Assembly (NCBI GenBank): GCA_013239625.1
Contig: MU053629.1
Location: 3,313,567 to 3,377,566, forward strand
DNA: 64,000 nt
Origin: Lama guanicoe
Lineage: Eukaryota
Direction: 5' to 3'
The position numbers and the translations under genes are program-made. Below, in pieces: positions 25,051 through 36,723 of this stretch. Position 1 is the stretch's first letter, and every line of letters starts with the position of its first letter. A model generated the notes under the pieces. That model did not search any database. It worked only from the letters and a program-made list of their open reading frames with translations, and had not been told where the DNA came from.

Positions 25051-26984
25051 TACGGCTCCTCAGAGGAAGTGAGTCCACAAACTTCCAAGTGGTGACCGGC
25101 TGGAAGTTCTCCAATACGTGCTCAGCTGGGATTTCCAGGCCATTATGAGGCTGGCGCTGCCCTCTCGGGGCTTAAATTCTATCTTGGGGTGAGATGGGGA
25201 CCTCCAGTTCAGAGAAGCAGGGCTCAGGCATCTTCCCCTGACAGATGTGAGCCCCGAAGGACAGGAACTATAACACGTCCTGTGCCTCTCAGCACTTGAA
25301 CGCATGCCAGGTACTTTCAGCTGCATCATCTCATGTGGATCTCACAACAACCCCACAAATCAGCACCTATTACTGCATTATTACCACTGTCCCCATTTTG
25401 CAGATGAAGAAACTGAGGCTGCAGCTGAGAGTGGAGGAGCAGAGTGAGGACCAGGAGGCGAGGAACCAGACCCAGGAAGGTCCTGAGTCTCGCTGCTTTC
25501 CATCCCCCAGGCGGAACAAGTTGCTTCTTCCCAAAGAGGCTGGGATAGGAAGCCATGGACCCCCCTGCTTTCAGGAGGTGACTCTGAGACCTTGCCCACC
25601 CTAGACCTGCCAGGTCTGAGACGCCTTTTCCCACAGAGAAGCCTCACTCAACTCCATCCAGGAGGAAAAGATACAGAAGGATGATGAGGGTCGGCTCATC
25701 CCCAGCCAGCCCTTTCTCAAAGGGGTCTTCAGGCCTGGCCCAGAAGATGAGAGTCCGCCCCGCCCTCCTCAGGTCAGCCAGGTCCCAGAGCCGCGGGATT
25801 AAGGCACTGCTGGCAGCCACTCCACCTTTTGGGACTGGAGCTAACAGGGCATGGCCGTGGCCCTGGTGGCTCGTCCTCTCGTGGCTGACCAGGGCTTAGA
25901 ACTTGGAGGGACGGAAGCAACAGAGATGGAACCATTGGTCATTTGGGGCCACCTGCGGCCCTCTCTGGCACCTGCCTGCTGAGTCACTCACGGGACTCCA
26001 GGGACAGCGAGGACACTGTGCAGTCTAGCGGAACTTCCCCAGGAGCTTGAGCCCACATTTATAATAGATTTATACGAACTGTGTGGACATGTTTGCTTTT
26101 TTTTTTAGCCCCCTCATAAGTGATGCCATTATGGTGGCCATAACTCTTATTTACTCCATCAGCAGGCTGCTGGCAACGGCACAAAAATAGATTTGGAGAA
26201 TTTATCTCATACATGCATCATAAGGAAGCAACAAAGGCGCCCAGGTGAGATTTATGCGGGCGGGGGTGGGGGGCCGGCATCCGTCATCCCCACTTCTGTG
26301 TTAATGCTGTTTCTCAAAGAGAGCCATTATTACTCTTCTTAATCAGAGCCAAGCAATTGTTTAAATTTCCTCCCTGCATCAGGCTGGGCTCTCCTCACTG
26401 CTCTCCAGGTGGGACTGCACAGCCAAGGGGCCTGGGGGCACCGCATCTGCTCCGAGCACAGCAGAATCCATGGTGGATTGTGACAGCGACACGGTGTGCA
26501 GCCCAGTGGTCCTGGTTCCCTGCCCCAAAGGGAAGGGGTGGGCCCAAGTCAGGGTGCTCCTCAGAAGGGATGCTTCGGGGTTTGGGAAGAGGTTTGCTTT
26601 GTGCATTGAAAGAGCCCTCAAAAGCACCCAAAGGTTCCCATCTCATTTACCACCCTCATTCCTGGCGCTTATCCTTGGAATGGACCTGCTATTCCTACTT
26701 GAAAAGCCTTTCCTTCGTCTATCTCAAGCCTACCCATTCTTCAAAGCCCAGTGCAAATCATGCCTCCTCAATGCTCTCCCTGACTGCTAGCAGAGAAGGG
26801 GAGGAGAAGGTACCTTGACCTATTGAGGGGCCAAGTCCTGACTTCACGTTAACCAGGCTTCTCAGTGGGACTCAGTTTTCCTTATCTTTAAAATGGGTGG
26901 CTGCATCAGAGGGCTTCTAGGCCCTTTCCAGCTCTGAAGTGCACTGTATATCCCAGGCCTCACCGGCCCTCTCATTTTTGAACT

Positions 26985-27165
26985 GCTAAACCACTTGAGA
27001 GGGTCCTCATCTCAGGCTACATACTGGGATCCCTAGGGAGGTTTTAAAAAATGCCAAAGCCCAGCCCCACCTGGACCAAAGAAATCAGAATCTCTGGGGC
27101 CTGGGCATTGGTAATTTTTAATGCCTACATGATTCTAATATCCAGCAAGAGTTGGAAGAACCTGC
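26985..27165. mobile_element. MER5B-like MITE
   Basis: ggaggttttaaaaaatgccaaagcccagccccacc...aaatcagaatctctgggg...tgattctaat. Confidence 0.65.
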
Positions 27166-27214
27166 TTCCAATTTATAATTGGGGTAACCCAATTTATTAA
27201 TTATAAATTATGGT

Positions 27215-27415
27215 ATATGGATGGATGGATGGATGGTAGAAGATGGATGAGTGGGTTGATGGGTGGGCAGGTGGGTGAAGGCATAGATGGATGGGTAGAT
27301 GGGTAGGTAGATGGATGAGTTAATGGATGGATGGATGGGTACATAGACTGAGGATGGAGGGGTGGGTGCGTGGAAGGGTAGTGGGTGGCTCGATGAATTG
27401 GGTGGGTGATAAGTG
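27215..27415 (+). repeat. (GGAT/GGGT)n degenerate simple repeat
   Basis: Read directly. Confidence 0.9.
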
Positions 27416-30004
27416 AATACATTCTTGTAATTGTCTGCTACCTTCTTGAGGTGACCTTGTCTTTTCATCAAGACAATGAGCTTCCTTAGGGCAAGGATTT
27501 TTCACGTCCTTTATGTTCCCCTACAACTCACTCAGCATACAGCCAGACAGAACAAGTGCTCAAAGGAGTCCTGATATGTGTGCACGTTAAAAACACTAGA
27601 CTAGGAGAAGATGCACGTTTCAATACTGCATCCTTCATTTACTGTGACTTCAGTCGAGTCAACCTGCCTTAGATCTCCCATGGTGTTACTAACAACAACA
27701 GTAATCATAACCCCTGGCCCCTGCCAAGGTCACGTGGTTCAGACAGACCCAAAAGCATAGTATATATACATGGCAGAGTGGTGTTATTATGACCACGACC
27801 CCAGTTATTTAGTTCCCCAACTCAGCAGCGGTGTTTCTAAGCTCCCCAGTTGTTGCTGGTGGTCACTGGCCACTTTGTCTTTGGTGGCATTTTATCTGCT
27901 ACCCTCAAGGCCCAGGCTCCCACTGATGGGGATATGGGCCCAGACGTTCTGGGAGCCCGGAAACCTCTCAGTGACCCATTTCCATCCCGGTGGAGGGGCC
28001 CTCAGCTACCCTCGCATCTCTGCTCTCCTCCTGGGACCTTCGCCTTTCTCTCGCTAGGCCTCCCCTCCTGGCCAGTGTCCGTGTTCCTCTTGGTCCTCAG
28101 CTCCCAGCTCTGCTTAGTTCTCAGCAGGCTCCCTGGCAGTGTCACCCGGCCTGGCCCTGTCTCCAGTATACCTGCCTGGTGGGCTGACGCAGTAGCTCCC
28201 ACTCGGTCCCTGCCCATGGGACTGTGGTCCAAACCACCCTCCAGCCACCCATGGATCTTGAACCCACAAACCTCTCCTGGTTTAAAACTCTCTGTGGGCT
28301 CCTTTGTGAGTGCCCCTCACAGTCTGATCTGAAGAGGGCCCTCTAGCTCTGGCCCCCGGGCTCCTTACCGCCGCCAAGCCTGGGCCCCTTCCACACTCGT
28401 CAACATTGTTGACTCGTTAACATTTCCCGGACTTGCCGGGCCCTTCTCCAACTCCAGGCCTTGGCATGTGCTGTTCCCACTGCCTGGAATGCCCATCCCC
28501 CCAACCCCCCGACTTCAGCTTCCTCGCTGGACAAACCTCAACTCCATCTTTAAAAGTCACTTCAGGGCCCTGTGGTTGAAGATTTCTCCCTTGGCCTGGG
28601 CAGAGCAAGCAGCCTGGGGGATGGTGAGGACGTGAACAAATGAACACACGGGTTTCAGGTGCATTCTTTTAAACACCTCCATATAAGAAAGTCCAAATGA
28701 TACAACCAGGGCTTCCCCCTATTTTATAAAATCTTCACCTGAAGCACAGTCACTGAAGAGCAGCCTTGATAGGGAACCGCCTTAAGAGATTTGATGGCCT
28801 CAAACGTCAGGCCTAGCCAGGTTTATGGGGGTGGTTGGGGAAGATGGAAGGAAAAGAAAAAGGAGAAGAGAAGAGGATGAACTATAAAAGGGAAGAAGGG
28901 ACCAGTCCAGAAAGCGTGTGTCTCTACCCTGAGACTGCAAAAGAGGTTATTCTCTAGAAGCAGGCAGTGAAAGCAGGTGAGGTTGCTGGTGTAGACACAG
29001 AATCCGGATAAGTGGTGGGTATAGACGTAGAACCTGAGTAACTGGATAACCATCCCTCCCACTCAAGAAAGAGTACATTTCCTGCACTCCGTCTTGATAA
29101 AACACACCCTAAATTCCAGCATGAACTGCCCGTCGCCCCTGGACAAAAGTCATGCTCAGATCTTCCTCTGATGGGTTGCAAACTCCTGCACCTTTAGATT
29201 ATTTCACAAAACATGGTGTAGAAATACTCTGGGTCGATGGCACTAAGGATTCAATAAAACTACTGAGATTCACAAGCCCGGAATAAAGCTCCTACAAAGT
29301 TCATATTCTTTAGCTAATGTAGCTTTCAATTATGCTCACCCATTTTAGACTGTAAAAGACGTAATGTTAATCAAACATTTAATTTGCAAGTGTTTTTCTT
29401 CGTAAATGTCATGTACAAGGAGATCCACAGACGTGCTCCACAACATAATTGCATGAGGGTGTCTCATTCAGCAGCGTTGTATTTGTGCTGCTGGTGCAAG
29501 TGGAGAAGAGAACCAGCCTCTTGGATTCTGATGCTCTGTGAGTTTCCTTCCTCATCGCAGAGTATGAAGCAATTGGAAAATAAACCCAGTGCTATTTATA
29601 ATGTTTGGTAACATTCTAGTCTCAACTCGGTTTTCACAGTAAATATCCTGCTCCTGAAGCAAGCTCGGTGATTCAAGATTCAAGTAAACTTAAGGGACCG
29701 ATTTGCTGTTCAGCTGCTAGTTATTAAATCACAATGGTGAGAAGCCTTACCAGTGGCCACCCTGCTTAGGTTTTAAATACAGAACAGCCTCAGTATGATT
29801 TGGGAAATCTCTGAGAGGGGATTTCCATCTCTTTCCTGGAGACTGCTCATGATAAAAAAAGGAAGCCCCAAATTTCAGAGGAGGAGAATGAACTTAAATG
29901 ACCAAAAAGGCTTTGCCAGTTACAGGAGTGTGTGACTTCGTGACATGGGATCAAAGGCCTTTGGAAACCATGGAGACAGATGGCTCTGGTAGGGTGATCC
30001 TGGC

Positions 30005-30182
30005 CCTTACGACTCAAAATGTGGTCCCAGACCAGCAGCATCGGCACCACGTGTGAGCTTGTTTGAAATGCAGTATTCCAGGCCCCAGATCCCACCCCTC
30101 TCCCAGCTACGAAATCAGAACCTGCATTTTATCAAGATCCCTGGGTGATTCATGTGCCTGTTACAACACGAGAAGCTCTGGT
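30005..30182. mobile_element. MER5A MITE
   Basis: actcaaaatgtggtcccagaccagcagcatcggcaccac...tgcattttatcaagatccctgggtgattcatgtgc. Confidence 0.8.
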
Positions 30183-31379
30183 CTAGTTAATGCCCCAGTG
30201 AATCCTCTCAATCACTGGGAGTCTCTGATCTCTTTCTTTCTTTTTTTTTTTTGTTTTTTGCTGTTCTGGGCCTGGGGAGAAGGAGGAAGAGCTCAGGAGG
30301 AGGTAGGGAGGAGTGCGAAGAGGGAGCAGGATTTAACCTTCTGAGCCTCATTCTTCCCATCTGTAAAATGGGAGATCAAAATAACTACTCGACTCAAGGT
30401 TGTTGTGAAGATTGTGAACAAGATAATGGAGCCCCAGTGCCCAGATCTGCTCCTGACACATAGCAGATACTCACCTCAGTAGACATCAGTTCCCTGCCCA
30501 CGTGAACCTCACAGACACAGGTGGACAGCCATGCAGACAAGACCTTTAGCCTGCCCCAATCTTGAGCATTAAGCCTACAACTCCTAAGTCAGGTCAAGAA
30601 GCCTTTATCTGCCTAGAAGAAAGGAAATAAAAGCTGGAGAAGCAAGCAGGACCCCTCAGGGTTGTGAGGCTGCAGGTGCCAGTGATACAGAAAGGTAAGT
30701 TCCATAAGGAGACATCACTCTCCACTAAGGGGGACAAGACAAAGAACCCACCAAGGACTCAGGAGACTGGGCCTCCAGACCCGACTCCGCCAGGAACTTA
30801 CTCGGTGACCTCAGGCCTCAGTTTCCACACTTGGGCCACAGAGACAGTGGAATTTATTACCGCCACGGCCCCTTCTTACCTAATCACTCTCTAATTCTAC
30901 TCGGAGATGCAGGGAACGGCTCTCGCCAAGCTGCAGGCAGACTTTTCTCCCTGGGAAAATTAATTCAGTCCTCAGTGTTGCAGTCTATAAATTACTGGCC
31001 AATCTGTTTCAGAAATATTAAGGGAACATGTATAAATTGCACCTTCCATTCAATGCTGCAGAGTAAAGATTTGGGGGCCTTCAGATGTTTATCTTCCTTA
31101 AAGCCCCAGCTAGAATCAATCTCCCCCAGCCTTCACCGGGGAGAACGGCATTTCAAGGCGGGGATGGTATGTCAGGCTCACTCTCCCTTTCCTTTCCCCA
31201 CTCTCTGCTCTTGAGAAATCACTTCCCCAAATTCAGACTGGAGACTTTGAGTGAAACAAGGTGTGAGGTGCTGGTGGGAGGAGGGGAGGGGAGGCCCCAG
31301 GTGACAGAGGCTGGGGCGGGGCTCTCGCAGGGCCCAGGGCAGCGGTGCTGGCTCAGGGGTCCTGAGAACGGGCCGGGAA

Positions 31380-32420
31380 GTTAAGCTGTCTTCCACGGGA
31401 ATTGATTCTGACAGCGCAACAAGTTAATTCGTCACTGTTCTGCAACTTATTTGAGAATTCATCAGTAAGCGGAATCCCACAGGACAGCTTGTAATCACTT
31501 GTAAACTCAAATTAGGTCTCCCAGTTAAATACCGTTGGTATCAGGTAGAGCTGGGCTCCCGCCAGTGACTGCAATGTGCTGCTTTCACCTTCTCTATTAC
31601 GTCAAGGACATGCTCGGGCTGGAGGTGATGGAAGCGGATGAAGGCCAAGTTATAGGCGCCATAATTCCCGAGCCATCACGCTAATTGGAAATACCTTTAT
31701 GGGAGGGATGAAAGGCGGGCCGAGTCCCCAATCCCTTAAACACATCGTAGTCTCGCTCCTCGGTTATTATAATTATGTTTAGGCTCATTGATGTGTCATC
31801 ATGAAACATGGAATGAACTAGGAGAAAAAGACTTGTTGGGGCTCGGCTCCTTGAGCGGAATTAATACCTGGACTAAACCCGCTTCCAGCAGAGGGCCTCC
31901 TCAATACTTTATTACAAAGTTTATCGGAAACAGTTATTTTAATACCGGGCCGTAAAAACGGTATCAGGTGGCAGCTTTATTTCGCAGGAGTTAAATACTA
32001 ATTGCCACGCAAAAGGAATATAAAACCGACACGGGGAACACATATCCCAGCTTCCCGCAAAGTAAAAAGGATTCTTTCATATGAACATCTCCACCATGGG
32101 GTGCATGCTGAGGCTTAATTAAAATGCACAGTTACTCCGCGACTTTTCTTCTTCTTGGCGGCTTCGATGAGTGGGCTCACAGATGGAAGCCGGGGCCACA
32201 GCCCCGCAAGACGGGCTGACAGCTCTGGATAAAGCACGGCCTCCCAGCGACACAACAGGGCGACCACAATAAATGGATAATATCAGAATACAGGCCGCGC
32301 GGAAGGAAAATGCAACTTTACCTAAGAGCCTTAAAGTGTTTTAACTACCGTTTCAATCAAGCCTGGAAGTTGGAAATGTGGCAGTAAGCGCACCTCTTCG
32401 AGAAGCTGTTTTCTTTCCAC
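31380..32420. promoter_or_regulatory. Candidate intronic enhancer or hypomethylated element (non-repetitive, CpG-retaining, TAAT-rich)
   Basis: About 45 CpG counted in 31381-32400 at moderate GC, more than ten TAAT/ATTA cores, a CTCF-like CCAGCAGAGGGC at 31885, no ORF and no repeat I recognise. Confidence 0.55.
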
Positions 32421-32890
32421 CCCCAGAGCTAATAAATCCAAAAGGCCTACTTAGGTGAGACAAGCCAGGAGCTGACGAAGCAGTTTGGGGAGTCGTTGGA
32501 AACATCCCTGGAGGGGTGGGGGGGGCAGCGCTGGGCTGGGCTGGGGGGGGGGGCAGTGCCCGTGAGGCAGGCGCAGATTTGGGACAAGGTTTGCGGGGCG
32601 GGGACACCCCAGATATACCTCCCCCCAAACTTCTGACCCCTTCCACAGCTCCAGAGGCCCTGAGGAGGGGATGAAAATGGCCTCTGGGTGCCCAGCCATA
32701 TCCCCTCTCTGCAGAAGGAAGGCATCAGGAGGTCACTGCGTCCTGTCCCCTCCTTCTAGGGGTGGCCCCCCATTCCAGTGCAACTCCCACCCCTCTTTCA
32801 GGGAAGAGAAGGAGACGGTGCTGCCTCCATCAATTATATGTGGGACACATTGGTATGTCTATGCCAGTTGCTAAAATCCTGAAATATTTC

Positions 32891-33028
32891 TTTTTTTAAA
32901 CATTTTTTTTATGGGTGGGAGGTAATTTAGGGTTATTTATTTATTTAAACAGAGGTACTGGGAATTGAACCCAGCATCTTGCGTATGCTAGGCATGCACT
33001 CTACCACTGACTTATGTACCCTTCTCCC
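32891..33028 (-). mobile_element. Vic-1-type SINE
   Basis: tRNA-like head on the minus strand, ggtaatttagg tail, imperfect TSD cctgaaatatttc / cccgaactatttc. Confidence 0.85.
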
Positions 33029-34199
33029 CGAACTATTTCCATACTAGCTGGTAAAAAGCCATTTTTGTGAGCCCTTGAGCGCTCTCCCTCCTGGCCCAGC
33101 CGTCCCAGCCCCCTCACTGGGACCGCCTTCTTTAGGGCTCCCAGCCACTGAGCAATTACAGCCTGGAGTGTGGAGGTGGGCGGGTCAGCACCTCCTCCTC
33201 ACACACACATTATTTCCAACATCACCCTTGGTTACCTCGGAGGAGACTGCTCTGGACCTGCCCCCCCTTAGAAACCATCTGTCTAAGCCCCTTAACTCAC
33301 ACGGAAGACCGGTGGGAGGGTGTGACTCGGGGGCACTGCCAGGTAAACCCAGGCTATGCTGTGCTGGTCCCCACCATCCTCACCACGTGGAAGTCCTCCC
33401 CCAGCTGTAACCCAAGTCTTTGCTGCTCCCGGGCACCACTTTATCTGGCTAAGAGTCCTGCCAGCCTCATTAGAACCCTGCTGCCCCTTCTCTTAGCCCC
33501 TGGCATTCCTGCAGAGGAGGATGGTTCCCTGCTCAGCAGGTCCTCTTTCTGCTAATTGGGTTTTAATGGTCCTGGGCACACGGGACAGGGGCTCAGGGCT
33601 GCTGTGTTGGGCCCCAGTCCAGGTGGGGACACCAGGAATAGCAGGAACGCGGCTTAATGAGCAACACCTGCTGCCCTCATGATCCACTTGCTTCTGACTC
33701 AGTGGAGCCCCTCGCTGCCTTGCCTGCCCAGTCCCAGAGAGCCCACACGCCTAGCAAACCACTTGCACCAAGCTCTTAAAGTTGGAAAAACATGACTTGT
33801 GCAGGCTCAGGAATGGAAGGCAGGGAGAAGCAGAGGTCCAGGGATTCCCATCTGTCAGGCCCGGGAGAGGATGCGCTGGCCTACCAGCCTCTGAGAAATG
33901 CTGGGGACACATCCCGGATGCCCGGGGACTCCCCTGCCTGCTCTGTGTGTAAGACAGAGCCGCGCCTTCTAGGAGCCGGGCTCTCAAGCAGGGAGCTAAT
34001 GTGCTGATTTATTTACCTAATTATAGTAAAACAAACAAGCTAGAAACTAAGACAGGTCTGCGCTCTTGTTCAAAAAGCAGCCACACCTCCCTGCCCCGGT
34101 TCTTGGGATGCTGGGCAGCATGGAAGGACAGGCCAGGATCTGAGCAGGAGCCTGGGGAGAGGCAGATGGCGGTATCAACACATATTTGAATTCTGGAAC

Positions 34200-34530
34200 C
34201 TGGCACAAAGGCAGGGGGACAGAGAAACAGGGCAGGGGGGACAAGGGAGGGACAAAAAGAGGGATGGAGGACAGAGAGATGGAGGATGGGGACGAGGAGA
34301 TGAGGCAGGGGAAAGCGGAACAGGGAGACGGGGATGTGGACTGGGGGTTGTGAGGAAAGAGATGATGGCAGGGAGATGGGGGAAGGACTGAAGGTCAAGG
34401 GGTCAGAGGGACAGGGATGGGGACACAGAGATGGGGGACAGGGAGAGAGAGGACAGAGAGACAGACACAAGGCAAAAGCTACTCACAAAACAGATGGAAG
34501 GAGAGAGGAAAGCAGAAAGTTAGAAGAGAG
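34200..34530 (+). repeat. Purine (GA)-rich low-complexity tract
   Basis: Repeated gggacag, ggagatgg and gagaga units. Confidence 0.8.
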
Positions 34531-36039
34531 AAAACTCTTTTCCAAAACCTTTTTTTCATAGCCCTCAAGGCCCCCAACCCGACCACAGTCTCTTCCCTCG
34601 AAGACCTATCTCCACCCCAAGGCACTTGATGCTTCCAAGTGTCCCCGCTTCCTGCCTGGGCCTGTCTGTGCTTCCGTCCAGAATGTGAGCCCACACCTGT
34701 TGACCTTAGTGTCCCCTGGTGCCCAGCGCAGCAAGTGAGTAGTAAAGACATGGGGTTGAGCTGAATGTGGACCAAGACCTAGGAATTATGAGAGGAACTG
34801 ACAACAGATACACAGAGAGACAGGGAGACAGAGAGTCCCTGGAGCCAGGGCCTGTGGCAGCTGGTGGCTGGCTTGCATCTAGCTTGGGCAAGCCCATTGC
34901 TGATGCCCAGGGTCCAGGGTACTGGCTCTCACGCCCCCTGGGGGAGTCCGGGACTCGAAGAAGCAGGGAGCCCCCTACCCCGCCACCAGGGCCAGAGTTA
35001 GCAGAAGACAGAACGTGGGCGGAAGCTGGAGCAGTAACTGGGGCCTCAGGAGGGACTAAAGGATGTGACTTGGAGGCATGTCACTGAATTGTGATAACTA
35101 AAGTCTGTCTCTCAAACCTGGGGGCCTCCTGGGGGTGCAGCCAAGGGGTTAAGCCCTGACTGTGCTCAGAGAGCCAGGGAACCCGCAGCTGTACCCCGAC
35201 TGCAGAGAAGACTCAGGCCCAGGGAGGTGAAGGGAGTCATCCCAGGCTATCCCCAGGCACCAGGCCAAGGCAGCTTCTCCACCACATTGTCCCCTCCCCC
35301 TAACACTCCCCAATCCCTGCCCTTCCCAGAGTGGGAAGACTTCACTAACAGCATCTCAGCCTCAGACTCATTCATTCATTCATTCATTCATTCCCACATT
35401 TCTTCAGTGTACGGCATTGTTCCAGACACTGAGGGTACATGGATGAAGGCCCCTCAGTGGCTTGCAGTCTGCAGGACAGACAGACAGCAAACCTGTAACC
35501 TGCTCAGGGCCTGGGTACAGAGTGAGGGGCCCTGTGCATGGGGCTGGAGTGCTGAAGCCTCCATTCGGTCAGGTGGTCTGGGAAGCCTCCCTGGGAAGGT
35601 GACATCTGATACCTGAGGAATCGAGGGAGCCAGCTCTGCAGACAAGGGAGCTCAGCAAGCAAAGGCTGCAGGGCAGGAAGAGCCCTGCCAGGCCTGGGGG
35701 ACAGCAGGAGGCCAGGGTGACTGACACAGCCTGCAGGGGCGAGGAGGGAGGGTTTGGAGAGGCAGCTCAGGGCCAGGTCTTGTCAGCGCAGAGAGTATGG
35801 GTTTTTCTTTAGGGACAATGAGGAGCTACTGGAGGATTTTTAGCAGGTGAAACAGAAGTTAATTCATTTACTCAACTGATATTAATTGAGCACCGGCTAC
35901 ACGCATGCTCCTCAAGGAACCAAAGAGACACAAATCCCTGACTTCACGGAGCTTCCTTTCTAGCAGGGGACAAAGAATGAATATAATAAACGTGTAGATT
36001 ATATACCATGGGAAGAGACGTTCAGTACTATTTAAAAAA

Positions 36040-36208
36040 ACATAGGATGCATGGCACAAAGAACTATATTCGGTATCTTGCAGCAGCTCACGGTGAAAAA
36101 GAACATGAAAACGAATATATGTATGTCCATGTATGGCTGCAGCGTTGTGCTGCACACCAGAAATTGACACAACATTGTAAATTGACTGTACTTCAATTAA
36201 AAAAAAAA
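36040..36208 (+). mobile_element. Short young L1 3'-end fragment
   Basis: gaactatattcggtatcttg...acaccagaaattgacacaacattgtaaattgactgtacttcaattaaaaaaaaaa, homologous to the 3' end of 13326-13890. Confidence 0.85.
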
Positions 36209-36346
36209 GCAGGAGATGGGGATCAGCAATGTTAGGGGCTGGAAATAGGGTTATAATTTTATAACTACAATTACACAGACGACCTCCCTGAGAATGTGAT
36301 ATTTGAGAAAAGACTTGAAGAAGGTGTAATGTGATGGCTCTCTGTT

Positions 36347-36478
36347 CTTTTTTTTTTAAATTTTTTTGGGGAGGAAGTAATTATGTTCATTTATTTTTTA
36401 GTGGAGTTACTGGCGATTGAACCCAGGACCTTGTGCATGCTAAGCATGCGCTCTACCACTGAGCTATAATCTCCCCTC
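36347..36478 (-). mobile_element. Vic-1-type SINE
   Basis: Reverse complement of tagctcagtggtagagcgcatgcttagcatgcacaaggtcctgggttcaatc; imperfect TSD atggctctctgttc / atggcccctggttc. Confidence 0.88.
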
Positions 36479-36723
36479 AATGGCCCCTGGTTCCTGATGG
36501 ACCCTTTCACCCTTGGGTGCAGGCTAGACCCGTGACTTGCTTCGAATAGACTGTAACAAAGGTGACAGCTGGCACTCCCATTCTGATGTGTATATATGCC
36601 ACGTTATGATACGCAGAAGGCTCCAAAGTTTTGCGAAATGCCCTAGAAAGCCTTTTCTCCCTTGCTGGCAGAAGTCAGTTGCCACGCTGTGAGAAGGCCT
36701 ATGGAGGAAGTACATGGAAAGGC

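Noticed and set aside
27215..27415. YCAY clusters on the MEGF11 sense strand as NOVA splicing elements (also 50130-50305)
   Set aside because: Ordinary (GGAT)n microsatellites far from any confirmed exon; no further support.
32510..32620. G-quadruplex-prone G runs (also ~2690-2790)
   Set aside because: Common in this GC-rich isochore; nothing sets them apart as functional on their own.
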